A DNA stretch of 64,000 nt. Source: the human T2T-CHM13v2.0 reference genome, Homo sapiens. The stretch lies in assembly GCF_009914755.1 (NCBI RefSeq), contig NC_060928.1. The stretch is one strand, 5' to 3'. Shown here in pieces: positions 27,846 to 48,928 of the stretch; the stretch's first letter is position 1, and each line of letters opens with the position of its first letter. Made by a program: the position numbers and the translations under genes. A model generated the notes under the pieces. The model was not told the DNA's origin. It saw only the letters and a list, made by a program, of their open reading frames with translations, and did no database searches.

Positions 27846-28680
27846 AAAAGTCAATGGAACAACAAGGCCTGATAAATTTTAAAGAAAAAATAATGTTCAA
27901 CCTTGAAATTTTGTTAATACTTTATTCTACAGGTGTACTGCTTTTAATACACACTTCCTTTAAAAATTTCCTTGCTACGGCAAGGAAAACAGAAAGTAAC
28001 TAAGAAAACGGGAGTCAGTTCTAGAATATGGTATATCCAAGTTAGGAAATTAGGAACACAGCCACAGATAACAGCACACAGCACACAGATAACAGCACAC
28101 AGCTAAAGCCGAGAGCAGCCAGTCCAGATCACAGCAAGTGAAAAGAGACTCCAAAAAGTTTTTTCTAGTTAAGAGAAAGACTCAGTAGAAAAGTAGTTGA
28201 TATTTAGAATCATAGCCAAGAAGAATTAAGAAGAGTAAGTAAGAAAAGAATTAAGGATGTGAGAATGAATTATACAAGTGAAAGAACAGGTGCATCTCCT
28301 TCAAAACAAATATCTACACAGTATAAAAGGAGTAAACATAGCATGCTAGCTGGCCCAGCAGTGAACAATATTTTCATCACGTAGTGGTGTAAATACAGCT
28401 TGCTAATCTACATTAAAAATAATATGATTCTATTGTGATAATTCTATTGCAAGAACGAGGGAGGGGCAAATAAGAGAACTAAGTCTATATCCATCATCAT
28501 AGAAAATCAATATGTAATATTTCAACATGCAAAATCAATAAATAGCAATATAGATTTCATGTTTAGAAATAGGGATAAAACTACAGAAGAAAAAGCTGAA
28601 CGAGTGAAGTGTCTGCCTCTGTAGGGTGGTACTACAAGAAAAAAGAACTGCAAGGTGCTATTGTGTACTGTGGTAAGTTT
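27200..28680 (+). mobile_element. Very old L1/HAL1-like ORF1-region relic
   Basis: Strongly A-rich strand bias; GAAAATTTCCCCAAACTAAAA (ENFPKLK) at ~27613 resembles L1 ORF1. Boundaries uncertain. Confidence 0.45.
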
Positions 28681-28719
28681 TCAGTATGGGGCTGTTTATT
28701 TATATGTTTGATCTAAAAA

Positions 28720-29452
<733 letters not shown>

Positions 29453-29565
29453 TTATACTAATATTAATTCCAATTCAATACTTTACATCAGCTTTGATTT
29501 TTCAAATGGCCCTGAGTGATACAAGTAACTGTGTAGTATTTTAATATACAAGTGTCAGAAAGTAT

Positions 29566-30041
29566 TGACAGAGCCTCTCGACCAAACTTTACTCTCTTCA
29601 ACGATTTCTCAACTTTTAGACTTTTTTACTTATCTCTACATTGTCCAAATTTAGCAAGAAGCTTGCTAAGTCAATTTAGTCATTCTCCTTGTCTGCTCAC
29701 CCTGGATATCTGATCGGGTTCCTCATCCTCCACCATCCTCCAGATGATGTGTGATTGCCCTGGCCTGCCTCCAGCCAGCATCCTGGCAGGTCAGTTTGGC
29801 CACAGAATCTCCCTTACTACTAATGTTTCCTCTTAGTAATTTTCCGTCCACCGAGCTCCCTCCCCTGCTCCTTGTTTATAAATTCTCACTTTTTCTTATT
29901 TTTTTCAGAACTGAGCCCAATCTCTCTCCCCCACTGCAAGGCGCCATTGCAGTAGTCCTGGATCTATGACAAAAGTACCCTCTTGAACAAAGTCTCCCTT
30001 ACTGTTTTTAACAAGTTTCATTAATACTTTTTTCTTAAACA
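29566..30041 (+). mobile_element. Solo ERV1 LTR, MER31-like
   Basis: TG...CA termini, perfect 4-bp TSD GTAT (29562-29565, 30042-30045), and internal GACCAAACTTTA, GATATCTGATC, TTTCCTCTTAGTAATTTTCC, GAGCCCAATCTCTCTCCCC. Confidence 0.85.
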
Positions 30042-30108
30042 GTATAAGTTTCTAAAAGGTCAAATATATATTTCATAGTGCTTTGTGAATTCTTAAGGAA
30101 AAAAATCA

Positions 30109-30499
<391 letters not shown>

Positions 30500-33062
30500 C
30501 TAAAGTGTCTACTTGGAATGAAATTCTCAGGAGTTCACTTATGGCTAGTTAAAGCCATTGCATTGTTCTACAATACTGCAAAATGAAATAAGTAAAATAT
30601 TTTGTCCCCAAATAAAAGAGTACAGCTTACTTTTTCTAAGAATTAATATTCATGAAAACTACACTTGTGTTTTTATTTTGTCCCCAGTGAAAATCAGCGT
30701 CTCAGCAGCAGATCCACTGAATATATCAGTACAACTTGATAGATCACTGCTTCTTCCTACGAGACTTCAGCGTCAAACTAAAGGGAAAAACCCAGCAGTT
30801 TTCTTATTATTATCATGTATTTAATTACATAAATAATATTTTTAAAACAGTCCAGAAGAGCACATAATGAAAACCATGTCTCTCTCATTCGAGTGTGCTC
30901 TCTGTGGGCAGCCAGTGTCCACGTCTCCTGTACCCTTCCATAATCCATTTATGTAGTTATAAGCATGCATTTACATTTTCCCAGAAAACGGGGATAATAA
31001 CATCATTAACTGAAGTAAAATTTTTGTAAGGATTAAATAAGAAGAGAAGGAAACAAAAATTTAATATATTAAGTCCTTAATAAATGATAAATATCAGTTA
31101 TTCATATTTTCTAATTTCATCAAACTATCTACTATCAAGTATGGAAATAAATTTATCTGGTCTCCTACTGAGGTTGTTTTCCAAGCTTCCAAGTTTCCAA
31201 AGTTTATATAAGTATAAGTATTGTATAAGTATTATAAGTGTATGAAATGCATGTATAAAAAATACATAGTGTTGTTGTAGATTTAAGGGATTGTGCATTT
31301 TTACTTTTGTATTACCAAACAATCCTCCAATCAAAAAGCAGACACACGCACACACTATATAAGAGGTGTGATAATGATGTATAGATTGTAAGTGTAATAT
31401 AAGTCTTCAAAATATGTCTTGTGGAACAGATACAATCTTTCACAGGTAAAAACTGAATCTTTAGTAGGTTTAAAAAAGACATTGTATATCGACATAATCA
31501 TGTGTGTTATAACATAAGCAGTGATGTGAAGCAGGAATTGGATTTGTATATTGACTCCCTGTCACAGTTAAGATGCTAGACTAGTTGAAGGGGAAGAAGA
31601 CGAGGTGTATCAACTGAAGTCAGATTATAGAGGAAGTTGGAGCCAAATTTCTGAGTTGTTGGAGAAGGTAATTACAGATTTTGAAACCCTGGAAGATATA
31701 AATGCAATTTTTTGTAAGGACAATCATACCTCCTCTTCTCAGACTGATGATTTCCATTACATTTTAAAGGGCCTAAGCAACAACATGTTTTTGGTAAGTC
31801 TGAGCATAGTTGCAAACCAACCAGTTCCTAAATTATGAAAATTGTCATTTTCTTTCAAAGCAAAATGACTTAAACGGCTACAAATCAAGTTGTATTGAAT
31901 AATCCAGGGTTTGCAATGTTTACTGTAATTCTGTTTTCTGCAATGTGTAGTTTTAATGGTTCTTTTATTTTGAGAATTAGTTCTATTGGTATCAATATAC
32001 TCTTAGCTCAAGCAGTAGGTTTGCTTTTTTATGATACTGTACAACAACTTGAGTGGAGCTAGCAGGCTGATTTCATATGCTAGACATATCTACCTATCCA
32101 GTACTTCTTGGCATATAATTTTTTTTGGACATGTACAAAGTGTTTTTTTCCAAGTATACAATACTTCAGGATTAACTATAGTGGATATGCTGTACAATAG
32201 ATCTCCAGAACTCATTCATCCTAACTGAAACTTGGTACCCTTCGACCAACATCTATCTCCTCATTCTCCTCCCCCACATCCTGGCGACCACCGTTCTACT
32301 CTTGGCTTCTATGAGTTCAACTTCTTTAGATTACATGTAGACGTGAGATCATGCAGTATTTGTCTTTCTGTGTTTGACTTATTTCATTAGCATAATGCTT
32401 ATCCATATTATCTCAAATGACAGGATTTCCTTTCTTTTTTTTACTCTAAATAGTATTCCATTGTGTATATATACCACATTTTAAAAAATCAGTTTATCTG
32501 TTGATGAGCATATCTTGGCTATTGTGAATAGTGCTGTAATGACATGGGAGTCCAGGTATCTCTTTGACTTACTGATTTTTTTCCTCTTGGAATTTATACC
32601 CAATAGTGGAATTGCTGGATCATATGGTAGTTCTATTTTTAACTTGTTGAGAAACCTTCATACTGTTTTCTATAATGACTGTGCTAGTTTACATTCCCAC
32701 CAACAGTATAGAAAGGTTCTCTTTTCTACATCCTCCCCAACATTTGTTATCTTTTATCTTTTCATAATATCTATTTGAACAGGTATGAGGTGATATCTCA
32801 TTGTGGGGTTACTTTGAGTTTCCCTGATTATTAATGATGTTAAGCAATTTTTTCATATACCTTTTGGCCATTTATGTCTTCTTTTGAGTATTGTATATGC
32901 AGGTCCTTTGCCAATTTTTTAATTGGATTACTTGTTTTCTGGCTATTTGGTTGTCTGAGTTCCTTATATATTTTGGATGGTAACTCCTTATGAAATGTAT
33001 GCTTTGCAAATAATTCCATAGGTTGTTTTTCACTTTTGATCATTTCTTTTGCTATCAGAAGC

Positions 33063-34140
33063 TTTTATTTTTTAACACTATTTATTTATTTTAATTGAGA
33101 AATATTGTATTTATCATGTTTTAAAATGTGCATCCATTGTGAAATAGCTAAATGAAGGTAACTAAGATATGCATTACCTCACATACCTATTTTTCTGTGT
33201 GTGATGAGAACACAAAATCTGCTCTTAACAATTTTCAGGAATACAATATAGTCATCCCTCAGTGTAGTTGGGAGATTTGGTTCCAGAAGCCCTGCTTATA
33301 CCAAAATCTAGGGATACTCAGGTTCCACAGTCTGCCCTGTGGAACCCACATATGGGAAAAGTCAGCCCTCAGTGTATCTGGGTTTTGCATCCCATGAACA
33401 CTGTATTTCTGGATTGAAAATTCTGTATTTTCAATACAGAATTCTGCAGATGCAGAACCCTTGGATACAAACGGCTGGCTGTATTTATTGAAAAGATCTG
33501 CATAGAAATGGACTCAAAGAATTCAAACCAGTGTTGTTCTAGAGTCAGCTGTACATTGTTACTAACTATAGTCACCATGTTTTACATTAATGCTCTTCAA
33601 CTTATTTGTCCTATCTTACTGAAATTTTGTATCCTTTGCCCAACATCTCCCCAGACCTCCATGTTTAGCCCCTGGTAACCACTATTCCACTCTCTGCTTC
33701 TATGAGTTCCATATTTTCAGATTCCACATATAGGTGTAATCGTTTATATTTTTGTGCTTGGCTTATGTTACTTACTATAATGTCCTCCTCCAGATTCATC
33801 CAGGTTATTGCAAATGACATGATTTTCTTATTTTTAAAGCTAAATAATAGTCCATTGCATTTATGTACCACATTTTCTTTATCTGTTCATCTGTGATGTA
33901 CACTTAGGTTGCTTCCATATCTAGGCTATTGTGAATAATTCTACAATAAACATGAAAATGCAGATATCTCTTTGACATACTGATATCATTTTCTTTGGAT
34001 AGATATCCAGTAGTAAGATTGCTGGGCCTTATGATAGTTCTATTTGTAATTTTTTGTGAAACATCCATACTATTTTCTATAATGATTATACTAATTTACA
34101 TTCCCACTGACAGTGTGAAAGGATTTCCTTTTCTCCTGTA
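33063..34140 (-). mobile_element. Nested L1MA-type 3' fragment
   Basis: A second T-rich tail and antisense L1MA 3'UTR (GCATTACCTCACATA, TTAACTACTATAGTCACCATG) within the first L1. Confidence 0.78.
33249..33551. mobile_element. TcMar-Tigger MITE (MER8/Tigger2-derived)
   Basis: Termini TAGTCATCCCTCAGTG...TTGGTTCCAG and TTCAAACCAGTGTTGTTCTAGAGTCAGCTG, flanked by TA on both sides. Confidence 0.82.
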
Positions 34141-35981
34141 GGTTTTCAGTTTGATGCAATCCAAATGGTATATCTTTGCTTTTGTCACCTGTGCTTTTGG
34201 AGTAATATCCAAAAAATCATTGCCTAGATCAGTGTCAAAAAGCTTTTTTCCCTGTTTTCTTCTAGCAGTTTTACAGTTTCAGGTTTTATGTTTAATCCAT
34301 TTTAAGTTGATTTTCCCTATGATGTGAGAAAAGATCCAATTTCATTCTTCTGAATGTAGACATCTAGTTTTCCCAATACCGCTTACTAAAGACACTATAA
34401 TTTCTCCATTGTGTATTCTTGGCATTTTTGTCAAACAGTAGTGGACTGTAAATGTGTGCATTTATTTCTGGGCACTCTATTCTGTTCCATTGGTTTATGT
34501 ATCTGTTTTTATGACAGTAGCATGCTGTTTCAATTTCTGTAGCTTTGTAATATGTTTTGACATTAGGTAGTGTGGTGTCTTCAGCTTTGTTTGTATTGCT
34601 CAAGATTTCTTTGGCTACTTGGGGTCTTTTATAATTCCACATGATTTTTAGAATCTTTTTCTTCTACTTCTGTGAAAACTGTCATTGAAATTTTTGTAGG
34701 GATTGCATTGAATCTATAGCTCACTTTGGGTAGTATGAATATTTTAACTGTATTAATTCTTTCAATCCATGAACATGAGATATCTCTCCATTTATTTGCA
34801 TATTTTTCTATTTCTTTTATCAGTCTTTTATAGTTTTCAGGGTACAGATTTTTTACCTCTTTAGTTAACTTTGTTGCTAGGTATTTTTAAAATGCTGTTG
34901 TAAAATTGCATTGTTTTGATTGTTTACTATATATATATATAGTCAGTGTTTATATAGACTAACAATGAACTACCATTTTTAGTATATATAAACTTCTTCA
35001 TTGAAGAAGAATTCAGATAGTTCATTGTTAGTCTATATAAACACTTTGTATATATTTCAACATTTATAAACATACACAAACACTATATATACTAACAACA
35101 TTTATAAACATATATAAATACTCTATAAATACTAACAATGAACTAGCTTACTTCTTCAGATAGTATACATAAACACTACTAACTTTTGTACATTGATTTT
35201 GTAGCCTACAACTTTATTGAATTTATTATTTCTCAAATATTTTTGATAGGTCTTTAGGGCTTTTTATATGATTTATATATGATTATGACATCTACAGAGA
35301 CCATTTTACTTCTTCCTTTCCAGTCTGGATACCTTTTATTCCTTTTATTTGCCTAATTCCTCTAACTAGGACTTTTAGTGCTGTATTGCATAGAAGGGGC
35401 ATCCTTGTCTTGTTCCTGATCTTAGAGGAAAAACTTTCAGTTTTTCACCTTAAGTATAATGTTAGCTGTGAATTTGTCACATATGACCTTTATTATGTTG
35501 AGATACATTCCTTCTATAACTAAAATGTTGAGAGTTTATTCTGAAAGGATGTTGAATTATGTCAAAAGGTTTTCCTTCATCTATTGAGATGATCATATGG
35601 ATTTTACCTTTCATTCTGTTAATATAGTGTATCACATATATTGATTTGCATATGTTGAACCATCCTTGCATCTTAGGGTTAAATCCCACTTGATCATGGT
35701 GTAAGATCCTATCAATATGCTTTTGAACTTGGTTTGCTCATATTTTGTTGAAGATTTTTTTATCTGTGTTCACAGGGTTATTGGCCTATAATTTTCTTGT
35801 AGTATCTTTGTCTGGTTTTGGTATTAGGTAGTGCTAGACTCACAAATTGGCTGATAACTTTGATTTTGTTTTTTATTCTAAACCACTGCTTTCTTTCTTT
35901 TTAAGCATGTTTAACAATCAGAGTCACAGTGTAGAGCAGGTCCATCTTCCATCCCCCTCCAACTCTCCTCATGCCCTTCCC

Positions 35982-36047
35982 AGTTAATCCTCCTGTCACA
36001 ACCTCCCAAAGTTCTGGGATTACAGGCGTGAGTTATCATGCCCGACC
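35982..36047 (-). mobile_element. Alu 5' fragment (~66 bp of the left monomer)
   Basis: ATCCTCCTG...CCTCCCAAAGTTCTGGGATTACAGGCGTGAGTTATCATGCCCGACC. Confidence 0.85.
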
Positions 36048-36269
36048 TAAACCACTACTTTCAATAAAGAGTGAGAATAAAACAATCTATCATAATGTTT
36101 ATGTTTCTTCATGCATACAGTTTGTATAAAGAATGTATAATCATTTTTACATAAGCACTTCACATCTATATGAAATCCCATTTCTATTCCTATCTAAGTG
36201 ACGTGGGTTTGTTTTTCTCAAGACAAATGGTTTGTTCTATTTTAATTTCTGTCTTACTGTTTTTCTTAA

Positions 36270-36520
36270 TAGGGTAGAAATGAACATTTTGAGATTTGGA
36301 ATCAGACTGGTATAATTTGAATACTAGCTAGTCTGTTTATTAATTCCATATGTTTGTTTGGATCACTTCTGTAAATTCCAGTTTCTCATCTGAAAATGAA
36401 TACAATTACAGGGCTTACCTCATAGGATTGTTTTTTCCTGTTAATTAAGTAAAATGAGAAAGGCAGTTAAGAAAGTGACTATTATATATCAAGAAAATAA
36501 CGTATGATATCTGTTATTAT
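36270..36520 (+). mobile_element. MIR
   Basis: TTTGGAATCAGAC...CAGTTTCTCATCTGAAAATG...ACCTCATAGGATTGTT. Confidence 0.65.
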
Positions 36521-37299
36521 TATTGCTATTATTAACTATTATAAAAACCATGATTGGAAGATGACAACAGAGCTGAAACTCCAGTGAAAGACTGAACTAG
36601 TTAAAAATGCACCAAAGCCTTGTTATTCTGTCTAGACATGAAGAGGCTTACAAGTGGAACCACATCTTTGACTCCGATTTAGAAGGGTGGCATGTGGAAC
36701 TCACTATTTCATCTTTTATCATTCCCCAGCACTAGACACTATAATTACTCTGGTTATCACTGTTTCTGGGCTCAGATTTCAGCAGGATTGCATATCTATC
36801 ACAATTAAAAAGGCAAATGTTGTATTTTTTTAATGTGGTTAGTGAAGAAAAGCTTTTAAATAAGTATTCTAAACCTCTGGTTTGAGTACTTGGGAAACCA
36901 TGAATAGGATTGTAAGAAGGCATTGAGAGAAGAAAACTTCAAAACTTGCATTTTTGAGATAACTTTTTAAAATTCTAATTTCCAGTGAAAAATGTATAGT
37001 GTTCATGCAAATATATGCAAATAAATACAGCTGCTTTTCTATTTTAATCGTAAACCTGGCCCCTTGAAATATTTTAGCAAAAACTATTTGCATGGAGGCT
37101 GTAATAAACGATAGTACATGTCCCTGTTACATCAAACAAGGCATTCTCTGTATGTAGACTGCTGCATTTATTATTATTATTATTCATTACTTCAGAATCA
37201 TATCATGTGAAGACTATTGTTCTCTGGATCCTGGTGATGGTTTTCATTCAGCTGATTTTGGCAATGATTAAATTTCTTGTTTTGAAGCTAGCGGCATCT

Positions 37300-37422
37300 C
37301 ATATACAAGTTCCCTGAGCATAGAGACCATGTCTTATCTTGCTCATGACTAAATCTCCAATGTCAAGTACAGTACTCAAAACACAATTATTTTTTGATAA
37401 ACATTTATTAAATGAATGAATA
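37300..37422 (+). mobile_element. LINE-2 3' end
   Basis: AAGTTCCCTGAGCATAGAGACCATGTCTTATCTTGCTCA...ATAAACATTTATTAAATGAATGAAT. Confidence 0.65.
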
Positions 37423-38129
37423 ATGTCTAGTTTAAATATATCTAGTGTTTTCATGATATTCTTTATGTGTTGAAGCACCCATACCAGTTCCCTTCAAAAT
37501 CTGTGAGCATAGTTCTTTCACTGAGTGTAGGTATTTGCAAATTTGACCAAGTTTTCTGTAATAGTACAGAAAGGCAGAATCAATGCTTTCTAGAAAAAAA
37601 AAAATGAGGTTCAGCTTATCTTGTCACTATTATGAGAAAGCATCTCTGTCCCAGTCATAAGATGTGTCATAGACTGGAAGTTTCTGGGATTTTCCATAAA
37701 GGAGCAGAATCACAGACAGTAGAGGGGACATATGGCCCCAGTCGCCCTGCTCTGTTCATGGTGCCTCCTTCCTAGTCTAAGGAGAGCCAGCACCACTGCC
37801 TCTCTCCCATCTGACCTCCACTCATGACTGCCTAGTACAGCCTGATGCACGCTAAGGCCAGAGTAGTGCCATGAGGAGGTGTGTATTTTTTATCCCCAGT
37901 CACTTATGGCTATTTTAAATCTACGGAAGATCAAAAAAAAATTATCCTTAAGCCAACCTCATGTAATTATACCCATTATACAGAATAGAAACTGAGTTAA
38001 TGGAAAGTTAATGACAAGTTCAAAGCTGTCAAATAATAATTCTGTAATGGGAACACATAGCCCTTGAATTTTCCTATATTTATCCTAAGAGCAGGAACAA
38101 TCCTTTTTTTGTCTTTCAACTGAAAGGTT

Positions 38130-41483
<3,354 letters not shown>

Positions 41484-42674
41484 CAAAGATCAGAATCTTA
41501 TCTCCAAGAAATGGGTAAATATGGTATTGTGTCTTTGCCTCAAACTGCAAACTTTGACATCTCACAAATTTTGAAAATTCCACATAGCCCTAGAAGTTTT
41601 CTGCTTTTTCTTGTTTCTTTGAAACCCATTTCAATGTAACTTTTTCTTTGATTTGCTCTCTTGTATACAAATCTAAATAGAACCACAAAAAAAAATATGC
41701 AATACCATTTGGAAAAAGGAAGCAATTTATAAATAATCAATGACTAATAAAAATGAAACTAGTTTTCCTTTTTTAACACTTGATAAAGAAAAGTTAGGTC
41801 AACTTTGAAGCACTTAATAAAGTGTTTTAAATTAAATTTTTTAGGTTGGATTTGTATCTCAAAGTAGAAATGCCTAGTCAGCCTTATCAATGAATACTCC
41901 TTTTGGTTTGCATTACATATCTGAACAGTTTTTTTCATTTGCATTAAATATCCTAATATTTTTCCTAATATGTTAAAAGATGATATTGCATCTGTCTGAT
42001 CAGACATACTGGTCCAAAACTTAATTTACTAGGATATGAAATCTTTGTTAGCTTGGAGAAATAATTTCCAATTATGCATTTCAGTCTCAAAATGCACACC
42101 TAAACCCATTTAAGACTAGCTAAGAACATTTTTATAATGCATTTCTTAGAATTAGCTACAGTTATGGACTAGTTTTTCTTAGTCTTTTTTTATGAATCAA
42201 AGATAGATTGTCTACCATTCTTCCTCCCCTCCCGTTCACCTTGTTCTAGATGGAATGAATTGATGCAATTTATTCTGTATCATTTAACTCATCCTTTATT
42301 TCTATAAAGGCAAAAATAAAGATATAAGTGTGAATCCATGTTTTCCTATTTTTTTGGCATTTAAACCGAAGTGTAGAAGATTAGGTATTAATTATAATTG
42401 CTTAAAATTCTTCATAGTAGCTTTTTAAATAAATGGGAATTCCAAGAATAATTATAAGGTGATTTTAAAAACAAAAATACAAGAACTTATGCTCCTAAAT
42501 AATTGTTATCCTTCTAGGAAGTTATATTGGATAAATAGCAACCTTATTGAAATAACCTGTGGCCTGAAGTAACAGTGAAAGACCTATATGGATTTAAAAC
42601 ATCTTTCTACCACTTAAAAATAGTATGATCTAAGGCAAGTTATTTAAGCACTCTGTCTCTCAATTTAGGTATCT

Positions 42675-43050
42675 GTAGATTGTTACAAAATGGCCTTGAG
42701 TGGAAGACATCTCCCTAAATGCATCCCGCATTGAATCCTGGCTGGCCTTAGGCCGACAGAATGTAACAGATGTGACATCTTGCCAGTTCTAAGCCTAGGC
42801 ATTGAAGAGCTTTTGTAGCTTTTGTCTGAAATCAAACCACTCTGCTATGAAGATGGCCCATCTACCCTATTGGAGAATGAGAGGTCATGTGGAGAAAACA
42901 TGTGGTAGCTTAGCTGGCAGCCAAAAGCCAGACGTGAGCAAGTCCATCCTGGAACCTCCAGCTTCAATTGAGTCATCCAGTGACATCACCACATGAATGA
43001 TCCTAAGTGACACCAGCAGAAGAAACAACCAGATTGCCAATGCACACTAA
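42675..43050 (+). mobile_element. MaLR LTR fragment (MLT1G/H-like), preceded by a MIR fragment (~42570-42675)
   Basis: ACAGAATGTAACAGATGTGACATCTTGCCAGTTCTAAGCCTAGGCATTGAAGAG...GCCAGACGTGAGCAAGTCCATCCTGGA...CCAGCAGAAGAAAC. Confidence 0.65.
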
Positions 43051-43768
43051 GAACCAAGCCAGGTACTAAATTAGGCAGAGATAAGGGCTGGAGTTTAGAG
43101 ATTCTAACTCCAGTAATGTGCTACTTCCACCTCTCTGTCTGAGGGGCAACCATCTGGCAATCCTGAGTACAAGGCAGAAATTCAGCATTTGGATAAGGAA
43201 TCTGCTACTGCTTGGGGGTGTTTGCAGGAGGAAATATAGACATGCAGTTACAATGATACCATCCGTTTCTGAAAGGTAAGAAGCAAAACACATGACTAGA
43301 CACAACTTCCAAGTCAAGTTAGGAGTTTTTCTTTTGTGCTATGTGTTGGTTAAAATCAGAATCTAGCATTATATGACTTCAGAAGCTTCCTAGTTACACA
43401 TACCCAGGGAAGGAGAATTCCCATAATCCCATAATCTTATTCAGATTAAACTGATTTATTCACTTCCAATTATGTGCCATTTTTTGAGAACCTTATCTTG
43501 GTAAGAGTAGATTTGGGTGAGAGGGAATCAGTCTTAGGTAGAATTGAAGAATCTCAGCACCAGCTAAATATTTTTGAGCAGCCTATGGACACGTTTCCAG
43601 TGAGAGAAAGAAAGAGGATTGGCTAAGTGTGGTAGCTGACACCTTCCACTGTGCTCACAAAGTGTGTTGCTCTACTCCATGCAGCTCTGACCAGCAGCAT
43701 TGACATAATGACCTCCTTGCTACAGGGAGCATCTCAAGCTCAGGGATTCAGGCTTTTTATCTTTTAAA

Positions 43769-43996
43769 TAGAATTGCCAGACAGCATACACGATGCCCAA
43801 TTTAATATGAATCTCAGGTAAACAGCAAATCATTTTTCAGTATGTCTATGCAATATTTGTGACATACTTATATCAAAAAATGATACACTGTTAATCTGAA
43901 ATTCAAATTACTATTTAACTGGGTGTCCTCTTGTGTTTTTAGTCGGTTTGCTTATTTTGCTTCATTTGTTTTGTTTTTGGCTAATCTGGTAACCCT
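43769..43996. mobile_element. MER53-like palindromic hAT MITE
   Basis: TAGAATTGCCAGA...TCTGGTAACCCT termini; internal GCAATATTTGTGACATACTTAT and ATCTGAAATTCAAATT...TTTAACTGGGTGTCCT. Confidence 0.8.
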
Positions 43997-44044
43997 CCTT
44001 AGAAATGAATGTCAATACAGTTGTGCCATAGAAGAGGTGCTCAA

Positions 44045-44349
<305 letters not shown>

Positions 44350-45185
44350 AAGAGGTGCTCAATAAATGCTATTTGAATATTGATTCAAACTTTTTGCAAT
44401 TCCACCTAATTTCTTGGCTTGTTATCATGGTTCCACTAACCTTTTCGATGTCACAGACTCTAGTGTGATTCTACACAGAAATCTCAACCTCTGTAATAAT
44501 TATAGCCAAAATAACAGTATTATCTATATTTCTGCAGCAGCTTATGGTTTTTCAAAGAGGGAGTACTTGCTTATTTTAAAAATAAACTCTGAGTAATTAC
44601 ACAGTTAAACTGTGGCTGTAGATGAAAAGAAAATGGAGAGAGTGAAAAATGGTGGTTCATAGAAAGATCTTTGTGCTTACATAAGGCACTACATTTCTGG
44701 TTCATACATTTTCCCTCATATTCTGAAATCAGATCGTTGTTTTTCTAACATGACTGTGGCAGGTTCAAAGGAAGAGAAAATAACTAAATGTAGAATACTG
44801 TTGGCTGTAGGTGAACATGCATTAATTCCCTGTCATCCCATTTCATGCCTTGCAATCTTCCAACTGTTAATTAAGACAAACAGCAAAATCATATCCTTTA
44901 GCAAACAGTCTAGTACCCTTTCCCAGTCTGGGATGTGACAGGCACCACACTCAAAGTATGCTTTTTTTGGTCATCTTTATATAGCATAATAGACCAACCA
45001 AGTACAAGTTAAGCAGACTGAAAGGAAGAATTATTTCACACTCCTGCTGATGCTGCTGGAAAGTGTAGAAATGATCTTGGAGTGCTTCCTTTAGTTCTTT
45101 ATCCTTTAGAATAGCTCACAGAAGGCAACCTAACAAGCATTAGGATTCACAATGCCATCTGTCTGTTAAAAATATAGTCTAATTC

Positions 45186-48928
<3,743 letters not shown>

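Larger units (their letters stand above)
32130..35850 (-). mobile_element. Truncated old LINE-1 (L1MA-type) host element, split by a nested L1 at ~33063-34140
   Basis: Antisense 3'UTR at 32130-32500; ORF2 reads continuously across the nested insert (...CAGAAGCTTTT | TTTTCAGTTTGATGCAATCC...); ORF fragments 34364-34642 and 35477-35689 ([12 protein letters not shown]). Confidence 0.82.
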
